From: Candidatus Lambdaproteobacteria bacterium RIFOXYD2_FULL_56_26
GTDB taxonomy: Bacteria; SAR324; XYD2-FULL-50-16
Direction: 5' to 3'
DNA: 64,000 nt
Assembly: GCA_001783715.1 (NCBI GenBank)
Contig: MFNF01000027.1
Coordinates: 3,290 to 67,289 of the forward strand
A program made the translations under genes and the position numbers. Below are positions 44,771 through 55,069 of this stretch, in pieces (position 1 is the first letter of the stretch; each line of letters opens with the position of its first letter). Under the pieces are notes generated by a model. It saw only the letters and a program-made list of their open reading frames with translations. It did not search any database and was not told the DNA's origin.

Positions 44771-46132
44771 TCAAGCAACTACCACGGTCTTGACCGCTTG
44801 GAACTCCCGGATTCCCTGGGAGCCGCATTCCCGGCCAAAGCCGGAGCGCTTGACCCCGCCGAAGGGGAGGGCCGGGTGGCTGACGGTCATGGAGTTGATG
44901 AAGACCATGCCGCTTTCCAGCCGGTGGGCCACCTTTTCGGCCCGGGCCAAGTCTCGGCTCCAGACCGAAGCGCCCAAGCCGTAGGGGGAAAGGTTGGCCA
45001 GTCGAATCGCCTCTTCCTCGTCCTTGGCCTTGACCAAACTGGAGACCGGTCCAAACAGCTCCTTGGTAAAGCAGGTCATTTCGGGCGTTACCTCGGCCAG
45101 CAAGGTGGGGGCATAAAAGTGGCCCGGCCGGTCCAGGATTTTGCCCCCGGTGACCAACCTCGCCCCTTCCTTGAGGCTTTGCTGGACTTGGGAGTTGAGC
45201 TCGATCATCAAGTCGGCCCGGGCCATGGGTCCCATTTGGGTCTGGGGGGCCATGGGGTCGCCGACCACCCAGCTTTCCATGATTTGCCGGTGGGCTTCCA
45301 AAAAACGGTCGTACAAAGGCTCGACCACGATAAACCGCTTGGAGGCGATACAAACCTGCCCAGCATTAAAGCACCGGGCGAAGACCGAGGTTTGGCAGCA
45401 TTTCTCCAAATCCGCATCTTCGAGCACCACAAAAGGGTCCGACCCGCCCAGCTCCAAAATCACCTTCTTTAATTCCTTTCCCGCCTTGGAGGCCACCGCT
45501 ACCCCGGCCCGTTCACTGCCGGTCAGGGTGACCCCTTTGAGCCTGGGGTCTTCCATCAACAAGGAGGCCTGTTCCGGTTCGATCATCAAGGCCCGGAAGA
45601 GGTTGGGAGGAAACCCGGCGTACAAAAAGGCCTCCTCAATGGCCAAGGCGCAGCCAAAGACGTTGGGGGCATGTTTGAGCAACACCCCGTTGCCGCCCAT
45701 CAGGTTGGGGACCGCAAACCGTAGGACCTGCCAAAAGGGGAAGTTCCAAGGCATGATCGCCAACAGCACCCCAAAGGGCTCGTACCGGGCATAGGACTTG
45801 GCGAACCCGGCCTTGATCGGTTCGGGGGCCAACAGGGCTTCCCCCTGTCCGGCGTAAAAGTCGATCAAGGTGGCGCATTTATTGACTTCCGCCACCGATT
45901 CCTTGAACACCTTGCCCATTTCTTGGGTGATCAAGGCCCCGTACTGGTTCGCCCGGTCACGAAGCAGCTGGGCCAGCGCTTTGAGCAGCTCCGCCCGTTT
46001 GGCAAAGGGCACCTGGGCCCAGGCCTCGAAGGCCTCTTGGGTGGCCCCTAGTATCTCCAACATCTGGGGAGTGCTGTGGGGCGGGTAGGAGGCGAGGAGT
46101 TCGCCGGTGGCCGGATTTTGGCTGTGGTACAT
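44771..46132 (-). CDS. NAD(P)-dependent succinate-semialdehyde dehydrogenase (Sad/GabD1-like)
   Basis: IMPWNFPFWQ, LTGSERAG, LELGGSDPF, GQVCIASKR, ELFGPV, PFGGVKRSGFGRE. Confidence 0.9.
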   Translation of the reverse strand: MYHSQNPATGELLASYPPHSTPQMLEILGATQEAFEAWAQVPFAKRAELLKALAQLLRDRANQYGALITQEMGKVFKESVAEVNKCATLIDFYAGQGEALLAPEPIKAGFAKSYARYEPFGVLLAIMPWNFPFWQVLRFAVPNLMGGNGVLLKHAPNVFGCALAIEEAFLYAGFPPNLFRALMIEPEQASLLMEDPRLKGVTLTGSERAGVAVASKAGKELKKVILELGGSDPFVVLEDADLEKCCQTSVFARCFNAGQVCIASKRFIVVEPLYDRFLEAHRQIMESWVVGDPMAPQTQMGPMARADLMIELNSQVQQSLKEGARLVTGGKILDRPGHFYAPTLLAEVTPEMTCFTKELFGPVSSLVKAKDEEEAIRLANLSPYGLGASVWSRDLARAEKVAHRLESGMVFINSMTVSHPALPFGGVKRSGFGRECGSQGIREFQAVKTVVVA

Positions 46133-46328
46133 GGGTGCTCCTGGAAGTTTCTGGGTCAACATTGCGAATTTACCGGTTTTGTCCCAAGGAGGCTAGCCCT
46201 TCCGAACGGACCGGTGGAATCGGCGGCCTAAAAAAACAAAAAAATCCCAAAGATTAGGGTAAATACCGATTGTCTGGGCCTGGGGTTTTTGCCAGTCTTA
46301 ATCTAGCATTCACCCAAAAGAAGGTCTG

Positions 46329-48284
46329 ATGAAACGAAAGTCTTTGGTGGAACGGTTTCGTTACCGTTTTGACAATTTTTTTTCTAAAGGCGGCTGGTCG
46401 ATCTTCCAGGCGTTGATTGCCTTATATCTGGTCACCTTTTTGCTGATGGGCGGGGTGCGGGTGTTGGTCAACTATTGGATCGACGGTAACACCGCCCAGA
46501 CTCATATCCATCTTTGGGACGTTATGGTCCAGATCATGGATATCGGCAGCCTGCAAAACGACCAGGACTCGACCTTTTACAACAAGGTGATCGGGTTTGT
46601 GACCTCCATCCTGGGGCTGACCTTGATTTCGACCATGTTGGCCTTTGTTACCAGCATCTTCAAAGAAAAGTTGGAGGAGCTCAAAAAGGGCAAAAGTTCG
46701 ATCATCGAGGCGGACCACACCTTGATCTTGGGGTTTGGCAACCGGGCCTTGGAGATCCTACGGGAGTTGGTGGAGGCCAACGAATCGGAGTCCGATGCGG
46801 CGGTGGTGGTTTTGTGTGAAACCGACAAAGAGGAGATGGATGACTTTTTTAACCTGACCCTGACCCACCGAGGTTCGACCAGGGTGATCACCAGGTCCGG
46901 TGCGGTTTCCAGCCCCTTGTTTTTGACCCGCATGGGGCTTTTGGAATGCAAGAGCGTGATCCTGCTCAACCACGCCCAAACGGCGGATTCCCCGGAACTA
47001 AAAAACCAGGCGGACTACCGGGTCCTCAAAACCATCATGGCCATTTTGTCGGCGACCGAACAACGGGGCCAGATCCCCCCAGTGGTGGCCCAGTTCCACT
47101 ATGCCCGGAACCGGGAGCTGGCGCTGGACGTTTCTCCGGGCAACATCATTGCTCTGGACGAGGACCTGATCTTGTCCAAAATCCTGGTCCAAACCTCCCG
47201 CTCGCCGGGCTTGAGTCTGGTATATTCGGACTTGGTGGGCTTTGTGGGCAACGAGGTTTATTTTTCCGAACCGGCCGAATCGGTGGTGGGCTTGGCCTTT
47301 GGGGAGCTGATTTTTTATTTCGACCCATCGGTCCCCTTGGGCATCAGAAACCTGGAAGGCGGGATAGAACTCAATCCCCCCCAGTCCAGGGTGCTGGAGG
47401 CCGGGGAAGAATTGATCATCCTGGCCGAAGACGATTCGACCATCCACTATCTGCCCCAAATGCCGGTAGTGCCCACCCCGAGGCCCTTGTCCAAGGACAA
47501 ACCCAAGCTTACGACCGAGCGGTTTCTGATTTTGGGCTGGTCGAAAAAAAGCCCCATCCTGATCCACGAATATGCCAGCTATCTGCTGCCCGGTTCGACC
47601 ATCGATGTGGTGGTCAAGGAATTGACCCCCGAGATCAAACAAGCCTACGGGCAGGTCAAAAAGAATTGCCCCAACATCAAGCTGCGGCTGGCTCCGGTGG
47701 ACATGGCGGCAGACCTGTTCCCCAGGGCGCTCAACCCCGAAAGTTACGACAACGTCATCATCCTAGCCACCGAAGGGCGCAACATCGAGGAAATCGATGC
47801 CGAGATACTCTCCCTGCTGCTCAAGTTCCGGCATTATTTCAAAAAACTGGAACAAGAGCAGGGGCGGGCCGTCACTACCCAATTGATCAGCGAGGTGATG
47901 GACTCGGCGAACCTGGAGATCATCCAGCAGGCAGGGGTCAAAGACTTTTTGATCTCCAACCAGTTTGTTTCCAAGATCATGGCCCAAATCTCCGAAGAGC
48001 CCAGGGTCAACAAGGTTTACGAGCAACTCTTCCAGGCCGAAGGCAGCGAGATCTACCTGAAGGCCATTGGGCTTTATCTGGCGGACTTCTCCGGCCCCAT
48101 TCCCTTTGCGGACCTGATGTGGGCTGCGTTGCAACGAGGGGAGGTTTGTTTTGGGGTCAAGCTCGCTCGGGAAGAAAAGTTGCAGGGAACCAACTTTGGC
48201 ACCTACATTCTGCCGACCAAAGGCCGGGAATTTGAACTGGAACCGGAAGACCGGCTGATCGTGCTGGCCTTGGACCAGTCTTAA
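46329..48284 (+). CDS. CASTOR/POLLUX/DMI1-related ion channel with RCK-like domains
   Basis: RFRYRFDNFFSKG, TM-pore-TM, LKKGKSSIIEADHTLILG, QTSRSPGLS.VY, ELIILAEDD, EGSEIYLK. Confidence 0.88.
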   Translation: MKRKSLVERFRYRFDNFFSKGGWSIFQALIALYLVTFLLMGGVRVLVNYWIDGNTAQTHIHLWDVMVQIMDIGSLQNDQDSTFYNKVIGFVTSILGLTLISTMLAFVTSIFKEKLEELKKGKSSIIEADHTLILGFGNRALEILRELVEANESESDAAVVVLCETDKEEMDDFFNLTLTHRGSTRVITRSGAVSSPLFLTRMGLLECKSVILLNHAQTADSPELKNQADYRVLKTIMAILSATEQRGQIPPVVAQFHYARNRELALDVSPGNIIALDEDLILSKILVQTSRSPGLSLVYSDLVGFVGNEVYFSEPAESVVGLAFGELIFYFDPSVPLGIRNLEGGIELNPPQSRVLEAGEELIILAEDDSTIHYLPQMPVVPTPRPLSKDKPKLTTERFLILGWSKKSPILIHEYASYLLPGSTIDVVVKELTPEIKQAYGQVKKNCPNIKLRLAPVDMAADLFPRALNPESYDNVIILATEGRNIEEIDAEILSLLLKFRHYFKKLEQEQGRAVTTQLISEVMDSANLEIIQQAGVKDFLISNQFVSKIMAQISEEPRVNKVYEQLFQAEGSEIYLKAIGLYLADFSGPIPFADLMWAALQRGEVCFGVKLAREEKLQGTNFGTYILPTKGREFELEPEDRLIVLALDQS

Positions 48285-48560
48285 GCGGGAAGAGGGCACT
48301 CGGCTTGGGGGGGCCTCCGGGAGCCTTGGGGATTCCGGCTTTCAGACCCTGTTCCGGGTCCCGCAACCTGGGTCTTGGCGGCTTTGTTTTCTCGGACTGC
48401 TTGGCCCTTGGGTTCCCCAAAAAGCATGGTTCCGTCCCTTCTCCTTGGCCCCCCCCTAACGGCACTGACAATGCTCGGCCCCAACCGAGGCAGTCCTGCC
48501 TTTCTGGGGTTCTTTTGTTTTTTTGGGGGGGATGGAGAACAGGCCAAGCCAGTCCAAGGC

Positions 48561-48602
48561 AAAAAAAAGCCCGCCCCGGAGATTCCCCGGAGCGGGCTTT
48601 TT
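48561..48602 (-). terminator. Intrinsic terminator of fusA (likely bidirectional)
   Basis: A8-GCCCGC.CCGG...CCGG.GCGGGC-T5 stem with A and T tracts on either side. Confidence 0.8.
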
Positions 48603-48624
48603 GAAAAAGTGAGGCCTCCTGGCC

Positions 48625-50721
48625 CTATTCGTCTTCCTTGAGCTTCTCCGCCCTGGCCCGGATCACTTCCTCCTGGAGGTTCCTCGGGACCGAAGCGTAA
48701 GAATCAAATTCCATGGAGAAGGTTGCCTTGCCCTGGGTTGCAGAGCGCAGGCTGGTCGAATAACCGAACATCTCCGACAAAGGCACGGTAGCGGTAACCA
48801 CCGTCATTTCGTCACGCATTTCCGTCCCGCCGATGATCCCCCGGCGAGAGGAAAGGTCGCCGATCACCCCGCCCTGGAATTCCGAGGGGGTTTCAACTTC
48901 CACGTGCATCATCGGTTCGAGCAACACCGGGTTGGCCTTGCGGACCGCTTGTTTCATCGCTTGGCGAGCACAGATCCTAAACGCCATGTCCGAAGAGTCA
49001 ACATCGTGGTATTTACCGTCCACCAAGAAGACCCGGACCCCAACCATCGGGAAGGCGGCCAAGGGACCGGCGATCATGATGTCCTTAAAGCCCATCTGGC
49101 AAGCGCCGATGAACTCACTGGGGATCGATCCACCCTTGATGTTGTTGACGAACTCAAATTCCAATGCTCCTTCCTGGGTGAAGTCGATCGGCTCAATTTC
49201 CCCCATTACACAAGCATACTGACCGGAACCACCGGTTTGCTTTTTGTGGGTGTAGTCGTAAGAAGCCTTGGTGGTAATCGCTTCCCGGTAGTTGACCTGA
49301 GGTGCGCCTACCTGGACTTGGACGTTGTATTCCCGCAACATCCGTTCCACATAAATCTCCAAGTGCAACTCGCCCATCCCCTTGATGATGGTCTCGCCGG
49401 ACTCTTCATCGGTGGAAACCCTGAAGGTCGGGTCTTCTTTCATAAACCGGGACAAGGCCTTGGACATCCGGTCGATGGCGGTGTTGTCCTTGCACTTGAT
49501 GGCCAAACTGATCACCGGTTCGGCGATGAACATGGATTCCAAGACCACCTTGAGGCTTTCGTCGCAGAAGGTGTCCCCGGAGGCGCAATCTACGCCGATC
49601 AGGGCGACAATGTCCCCGGCCTTGGCGGTGTCGATGTTTTCCCGGTCATTGGCATGCATCCGTACAATCCGCCCAACCCGCAACTTCTTGCCGGTCCGTA
49701 CGTTGTAAATGGTGCTGCCCTTTTCCAGGGTTCCCGAATAAACCCGGCAGTAGGTCAACTGGCCAAACTGCTCTTCGGTGATTTTAAAGGCCATCAAGAC
49801 CAAGGGACCTTGCGGGTCGGTTTTGATGTAGATCACTTCGCCGTTGTCCACCTTGGTGGCTTTGGTCGGCCTAGCTTCGATCGGAGAGGGCAGGTAGCGG
49901 ACCACGGCATCAAGCAGAGGCTGAACCGCTTTGTTCTTGAAGGCGGAGCCCATGTAAACCGGGGTAAACTTGAGGCTGTTGATCCCTTCCCAAATGGCTT
50001 TGTGGATGATCTCTTCGGGGACTTCCTTGCCTTCTAGGAGCGCTTCCATGAGTTCGTCGTTGAACATGGAAACTGCGTCCAACATCTCGGCGCGCCGCAA
50101 TTCCGCATCTTCTTGCAGCTCGGCGGGGATGTCCTTGACGATCACGTCGTCCCCTTTTTCCCCTTCGTTGTAGATGGCCTTCATGGTCACCAAGTCAACG
50201 ACCCCAACAAAACCATCTTCTTCACCGATAGGCAACTGCATGGCCACGGCGTTGTGGCCCAATTTTTCCCGCAGGTCCTTGATCCCTTTCCAGGGGTCCG
50301 CACCGGTGCGGTCCATTTTGTTGATAAAGCAAAGCCGAGGGACGCTGTAGCGTTTCATCTGCCGGTCCACGGTGATCGACTGGGACTGAACCCCGGCCAC
50401 CGCACACAAGACCATGATGGCCCCATCCAAAACCCGCAAGGAGCGCTCCACCTCGACGGTAAAGTCCACGTGCCCGGGGGTGTCGATGATGTTGATCTTT
50501 TTGTCGTGCCAATAAACGGTGGTGGCAGCGGAGGTAATGGTAATCCCCTTTTCCTTCTCCAACTCCATGTGGTCCATGGTTGCCCCGGCACCACCGCCGC
50601 GGACTTCTTCGATTTTGTGGATCTTGCCGGCGTAGTAAAGGATGCGCTCGGTCAGAGTGGTTTTACCGCTGTCGATGTGTGCGGAGATGCCGATATTCCG
50701 CATGTTGTTGATTTCTTTCAT
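48625..50721 (-). CDS. fusA: Elongation factor G
   Basis: [56 protein letters not shown]. Confidence 0.97.
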   Translation of the reverse strand: MKEINNMRNIGISAHIDSGKTTLTERILYYAGKIHKIEEVRGGGAGATMDHMELEKEKGITITSAATTVYWHDKKINIIDTPGHVDFTVEVERSLRVLDGAIMVLCAVAGVQSQSITVDRQMKRYSVPRLCFINKMDRTGADPWKGIKDLREKLGHNAVAMQLPIGEEDGFVGVVDLVTMKAIYNEGEKGDDVIVKDIPAELQEDAELRRAEMLDAVSMFNDELMEALLEGKEVPEEIIHKAIWEGINSLKFTPVYMGSAFKNKAVQPLLDAVVRYLPSPIEARPTKATKVDNGEVIYIKTDPQGPLVLMAFKITEEQFGQLTYCRVYSGTLEKGSTIYNVRTGKKLRVGRIVRMHANDRENIDTAKAGDIVALIGVDCASGDTFCDESLKVVLESMFIAEPVISLAIKCKDNTAIDRMSKALSRFMKEDPTFRVSTDEESGETIIKGMGELHLEIYVERMLREYNVQVQVGAPQVNYREAITTKASYDYTHKKQTGGSGQYACVMGEIEPIDFTQEGALEFEFVNNIKGGSIPSEFIGACQMGFKDIMIAGPLAAFPMVGVRVFLVDGKYHDVDSSDMAFRICARQAMKQAVRKANPVLLEPMMHVEVETPSEFQGGVIGDLSSRRGIIGGTEMRDEMTVVTATVPLSEMFGYSTSLRSATQGKATFSMEFDSYASVPRNLQEEVIRARAEKLKEDE

Positions 50722-50827
50722 CTTAGCTTGAGCCCTGGCTTGGAATGGGACGGTTCTGGGGTTGCAAATAGGTCATTAAACTCGAGATGATAAAAACTGG
50801 GCCTCGCTCTGTCCATCCCTTTTTTTC

Positions 50828-51631
50828 CTACCCCCCTGCAAGGGGCAGGAACACCGGTTTGGAGACTTTGGTCAGTTTGCCCAGTTCAACCATCTTTTCT
50901 TGGAACAACAAAAACCCCGCTTGGAACCGAGGTCCCAGTTCATAATGCAGGTTCGCCAAATAGGCCTCGCAGCTGAGTGGGTCGGGAAACACCCCCTGGT
51001 AGTGGCCCTGGGCCATGGCCTTGAGGTTTAAGGGGGCCTGATTGCGGCTTTCCAAAAGCCTCCCGTAAAGGTCCAGTACCCCTTGGGGGTTGGTGGCATA
51101 AACCTCCCGCCTTACCACCCAAAGGGCAAACACAAAGGGCAAGCCGGTCTGCTCCTGCCAAAGTTGGCCCAAGTCATAAACATAAGGGTCCCTTTTTTCA
51201 TAAAACCTACGGATCGCATCGTCGGCAATCAAAAGCTCCGCCTGGGCCGGTCCCCTGGGCTCGGAAAGGTAGGTCACCCCCCGTCCTTGCAACAAAAATT
51301 GGACCAAGTGCACCGAAGTGAGGGAAAAGGCGGTGAGCAACACCGTTTGGCGGTCCAGCTCCTCCCAAGGAACCTGGGAGAAAAGATAGATCGAACGGAC
51401 CGGTCCGTCGGAGCCGACCGAGAGATCGGGCAGGATGTAATAAAGGTCTTGGTTCCGGGCCACCTCAAAAGACGAGACCGCCGAAAGGTCGATCTCTCCT
51501 TGGTTGAGTTTGTGGTTCAGCTCTGTTACCTTGCCCAAAACCGGGAGGTACCCCAACGGCTCCGGGTCTTGGAGCAGTTGGTAGTACACCGGCAAGGTAT
51601 TAAGAACATTCAGCACGCCTAATCTGAGCAT
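50828..51631 (-). CDS. mqnA: Chorismate dehydratase MqnA (futalosine pathway)
   Basis: LNTLPVYY, VSSFE, DGPVRSI, SLTSV.L, LLIADDA, DLGQLW...TGLPFVFALW. Confidence 0.85.
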   Translation of the reverse strand: MLRLGVLNVLNTLPVYYQLLQDPEPLGYLPVLGKVTELNHKLNQGEIDLSAVSSFEVARNQDLYYILPDLSVGSDGPVRSIYLFSQVPWEELDRQTVLLTAFSLTSVHLVQFLLQGRGVTYLSEPRGPAQAELLIADDAIRRFYEKRDPYVYDLGQLWQEQTGLPFVFALWVVRREVYATNPQGVLDLYGRLLESRNQAPLNLKAMAQGHYQGVFPDPLSCEAYLANLHYELGPRFQAGFLLFQEKMVELGKLTKVSKPVFLPLAGG

Positions 51632-51667
51632 CGTTTTGGCTCCCATCGTCACACCCAAGGACTAACA

Positions 51668-52987
51668 ATGCCCCAGGCCCCTGACAAGCGTTATCTGGCC
51701 CTCTTGATTACCGGGGATGAAGTCCTGGGGGCGGACATCACCGACAGCAACTCCACCTTGATCACCAAAACCCTGGGTGAGGTCGGCCTGACCCCCAAAA
51801 CCAGGAGGGTGGTCGGGGACGATCTGGCGGGGTTGGTTGAGGCTATCACCGAGCTGCACCAAAGAACCGAATTTGTGGTGATCAACGGCGGTCTGGGTTC
51901 AACGGTGGACGACCTGACCAACCAAGCAGTGTCTCTGGCCTTGGGGGTGCCCCTGGAGGAGAACTCTGCCGCCCAGGCACTACTGCAAAGCCGCAGCAGT
52001 AAAACCGCCTTGGGAGGACAGTCGATCTTTTACAAACAATGCCTGCTTCCCCAAGGGGCGGTCACCTTCCACAACCCGGTGGGCAGCGCCTTGGGGTACG
52101 CCTTGGAGACCGATGGTCGTTGGGTGATCGCCACTCCGGGGCCGCCTAGGGAGCTGGAAGGGATGTTGCGGGAGTCCATCCTGCCCTGGTTTGCCGGACA
52201 CTTTCCGGCCCAAGCCCAGACCAAGTTGTATCGTTTTTTGGTCTTGAGTCATGGAGAGTCCCGGCTGGAAGCCTTGATCCTCAAACATTTTTCTGCCTTG
52301 GCCCCCAACCCCTTCGAGCGATTGAAACTGGGGTTTAGGGCGGTGGCCCCCTTTACGGAGGTTAAGGTTTGGGTCGAACCTCAGGACCGAGCGCTGGGCG
52401 AACAAACCCAAAAGGCGCTCTTGGCGCTTTTGGCGGACTCCTGTTTCAGCCAGGGGCCGGAATTGCCGAGCTTGGTCAGTGAGATGTTGCGGGTCCGCAA
52501 ACAAACCTTATGTCTGGCCGAGTCTTGTACCGGCGGGCTTTTGAGCAGTATGTTAACCTCTTTGGCCGGGGCCTCTGAAGTCTTTAATGCCGGGGTGGTG
52601 TCTTACGCCTACGAGGCCAAGGAAGAATTCCTGGGGGTGCGCCACGAAAGTTTGGTCACCCAGGGAGCGGTCAGCGAGGTGGTGGCCTTGGAGATGTTGC
52701 AGGGGGTGATCAAAAATGGCCGTTCCGACCTGGGGATTGCCATTACCGGCATTGCCGGTCCGACCGGCGGCCTACCCAACAAACCGGTGGGGACCGTGTT
52801 TGTGGCGGTGGGCAGCAAGGACCGGCAGTACTGCCGCCGATTGGTGGTGGTACGGGAACGGACCCTGTTCCAACGGTTTGTGGCCCTGACCGCCTTGGAC
52901 CTGTTGCGCCGGTTCCTTTTGGAACTGGACCTCCAGGCCCCCTATTATTATGACGATCTTTCCAAGAGCCGGTTGAAACTGGAGTGA
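51668..52987 (+). CDS. cinA: CinA-like protein (MoCF-type N-domain plus PncC NMN deamidase domain)
   Basis: GDEVL....TDSNS, GGLG.TVDDLT, AESCTGG, GAVS, TGIAGP.GG...KPVGTV. Confidence 0.93.
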   Translation: MPQAPDKRYLALLITGDEVLGADITDSNSTLITKTLGEVGLTPKTRRVVGDDLAGLVEAITELHQRTEFVVINGGLGSTVDDLTNQAVSLALGVPLEENSAAQALLQSRSSKTALGGQSIFYKQCLLPQGAVTFHNPVGSALGYALETDGRWVIATPGPPRELEGMLRESILPWFAGHFPAQAQTKLYRFLVLSHGESRLEALILKHFSALAPNPFERLKLGFRAVAPFTEVKVWVEPQDRALGEQTQKALLALLADSCFSQGPELPSLVSEMLRVRKQTLCLAESCTGGLLSSMLTSLAGASEVFNAGVVSYAYEAKEEFLGVRHESLVTQGAVSEVVALEMLQGVIKNGRSDLGIAITGIAGPTGGLPNKPVGTVFVAVGSKDRQYCRRLVVVRERTLFQRFVALTALDLLRRFLLELDLQAPYYYDDLSKSRLKLE

Positions 52988-53062
52988 AGCCCCTCTCCAA
53001 GCCCGCTGGAGCTCAAAAAAGGGGTGAGTTCCAGGGGACCGTTTTTTTCCTCTTCCCTTGCC

Positions 53063-53092
53063 TTGACAAAATCTCAGAACCAAGGTTAGGTT
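53063..53092 (+). promoter_or_regulatory. Probable sigma70 promoter of rpsU
   Basis: TTGACA-18 bp-TAGGTT upstream of rpsU. Confidence 0.5.
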
Positions 53093-53150
53093 GAGCGATA
53101 AATTTGCCCAACAAACTTCGCTGTTTCAAAAAAAGGAAGGTAGGCTCTAC

Positions 53151-53360
53151 ATGCACATTAAAGTCGTCAACAACCAAGTCGAACGGGCGATGCGCGAGCT
53201 GAAGCGCCTGTTGATCCGAGAAGGCCTGTTCAAGGAACTCAAAAAACGCCGCTACCACGCCAAACCTTCGGTGAAAACCAAGGTCAAACGTGAAGAAGCC
53301 GAGAAAACCCGGCACAAGGACCGCAAACGGGCGGCTGCTCGGGCACGCAATTTCTTGTAG
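53151..53360 (+). CDS. rpsU: 30S ribosomal protein S21
   Basis: VERAMRELKR...EG...ELKKRRYHAKPS. Confidence 0.92.
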   Translation: MHIKVVNNQVERAMRELKRLLIREGLFKELKKRRYHAKPSVKTKVKREEAEKTRHKDRKRAAARARNFL

Positions 53361-53439
53361 CGCTCGACTTTATCCCTTCCTGTTGAGCTTTTTTCTAAGC
53401 CTTGGGTTTTGTTTTTGGTTGCGCCGGTTTTAGGCGCAC

Positions 53440-54195
53440 CTAAAGACAAAAGCTGGGGCTTTGGCTTTTGATCCAGTCCCAGTCTTCTTGGGTCCAATCC
53501 CGGTGGGTGGGCTGGACCTGGAATTGAGCGCAAAATTCCTCGGTCAAACAAGCCGCCAGACCTGGGACCCCAGGGACCTCCCCCAAAGCTTCCTTGACCG
53601 TTGTGGTCTCACTCTTCCAGCTTTCTTTCGTCTTTCCTGGCCAAACTTGGGCGAGCAACAGGAAATCTTGGTCCAGCAAAATGGAGCCATGTTGCAAAAA
53701 CCGGTTTCCCTTGCGCCTTTGGGCCGAGCCGACCAACTTTTTGCCCCCCACTACTACTTCATGCCCTTGGGCCTGGGAAAAACATACGCTCCCGGTAGGC
53801 CGAAATTTTCCCTCCAACCCCGGTCTTGCTGCCAAGCCCATTCTTTGTAAACCCGTTAATACCGGTTGACGAACCGCTTGGTAACTTTCGAGAATGGACC
53901 TAGGGAACGGCGGGGTTGAAGAGGCAAAACTGTAGGTCAATTCCAGGTGATGCAGCACCGCTTGGCCGCCGGTCGCCCGGCGCACCAGTTCCACTCCTGC
54001 CGCTCGGGCTGCCTTGAGGTCCATTTCCGGGTCCAGCGGTTGGTTTCGGCCCAAAGAAAGGGTGGGATTGTTCCATTGGTAAAACCGCAGATAGGTGCCG
54101 GGCTGTTCCAGCATCCACTGGTCCGCCGCCATCTGGCAGGCCCCAGAGTCCACCAGAAACGGCAGCACAATAATCTCATCCAGACGAAGGGTCAT
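53440..54195 (-). CDS. Lipoate-protein ligase / octanoyltransferase (LplA/LipM family)
   Basis: MAADQWML, LRFYQW..PTLSLGRNQ, VRRATGGQAVLH, KKLVGSAQRR, LQHGSI. Confidence 0.9.
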   Translation of the reverse strand: MTLRLDEIIVLPFLVDSGACQMAADQWMLEQPGTYLRFYQWNNPTLSLGRNQPLDPEMDLKAARAAGVELVRRATGGQAVLHHLELTYSFASSTPPFPRSILESYQAVRQPVLTGLQRMGLAARPGLEGKFRPTGSVCFSQAQGHEVVVGGKKLVGSAQRRKGNRFLQHGSILLDQDFLLLAQVWPGKTKESWKSETTTVKEALGEVPGVPGLAACLTEEFCAQFQVQPTHRDWTQEDWDWIKSQSPSFCL

Positions 54196-55069
54196 GGTTG
54201 TTCCCAAGAATTTAAAAAAGCCTGCCTGGCTCAAGGTCAGCCTGCCCAAAGGGCAACTCTTTACCGATGTCAGCCGCCAAACCCACGGCCAAGGCTTACA
54301 TACGGTCTGTGAAGAGGCCAACTGCCCCAACCTGGGGGAATGCTGGAGTTCGGGAACCGCTACCTTTATGTTGATGGGCCAGGAATGCACCCGGGCCTGC
54401 CGGTTTTGCTCGGTGGACACGATGGGCCAGCCGGCCCCGCCGGACCTGGAAGAGCCCCACAAAGTGGCCCGTGCGGCAATGGCGCTGAAGCTCAAGTACC
54501 TGGTCCTGACCACCGTCAACCGGGATGATCTGCCCGACCAAGGGGTAGGGCACCTGACCAATGTAGTGGAGACGGTGCAAACCGCCAACCCGAATCTCTT
54601 GATTGAGCTGCTCTTCCCTGACCTGAGGGGAGACCTGGGGCTGGTGGCCAAGTTGCTGGAGAAACCGCCAATCGTTTTGGGCCACAATCTCGAATGTGTC
54701 CGCCGGGTCACCCCCTTTGTCCGGGACCCTCGGGCCGGTTATGACCAGTCCTTGCAGGTCTTGCGGTTCATCAAGGAACGGCGGCCCCAGCAATGGACCA
54801 AGTCGTCCTTGATGTTGGGCTTTGGGGAGCGGACCAGCGAGGTGTTGGAGGCCATGGCGGACTTGCGGATCGCCGGGGTGGATTTTTTGACTCTGGGCCA
54901 ATACCTCCAGCCCACCAAGTACAAGCTTCCGGTCGCCGAATATGTGACCCCGGAGAAGTTTTCGGAGCTGGAGGAAGAGGGGCGGAAGATGGGTTTTTCT
55001 TATGTCGCCGCCGGTCCGTTGGTCCGCAGCAGCTACAAGGCCTTTGAATATTTTATGAACCGCCTGTGA
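54194..55069 (+). CDS. lipA: Lipoyl synthase
   Basis: KPAWLK, CEEANCPNLGEC, CTRACRFC, GQYLQP, VRSSY. Confidence 0.96.
   Translation: MVVPKNLKKPAWLKVSLPKGQLFTDVSRQTHGQGLHTVCEEANCPNLGECWSSGTATFMLMGQECTRACRFCSVDTMGQPAPPDLEEPHKVARAAMALKLKYLVLTTVNRDDLPDQGVGHLTNVVETVQTANPNLLIELLFPDLRGDLGLVAKLLEKPPIVLGHNLECVRRVTPFVRDPRAGYDQSLQVLRFIKERRPQQWTKSSLMLGFGERTSEVLEAMADLRIAGVDFLTLGQYLQPTKYKLPVAEYVTPEKFSELEEEGRKMGFSYVAAGPLVRSSYKAFEYFMNRL

Noticed and set aside
46169-46200. Third copy of the TGTCC array (ccggttttgtccc)
   Set aside because: Only one good box, and the spacing does not fit 11/12/11
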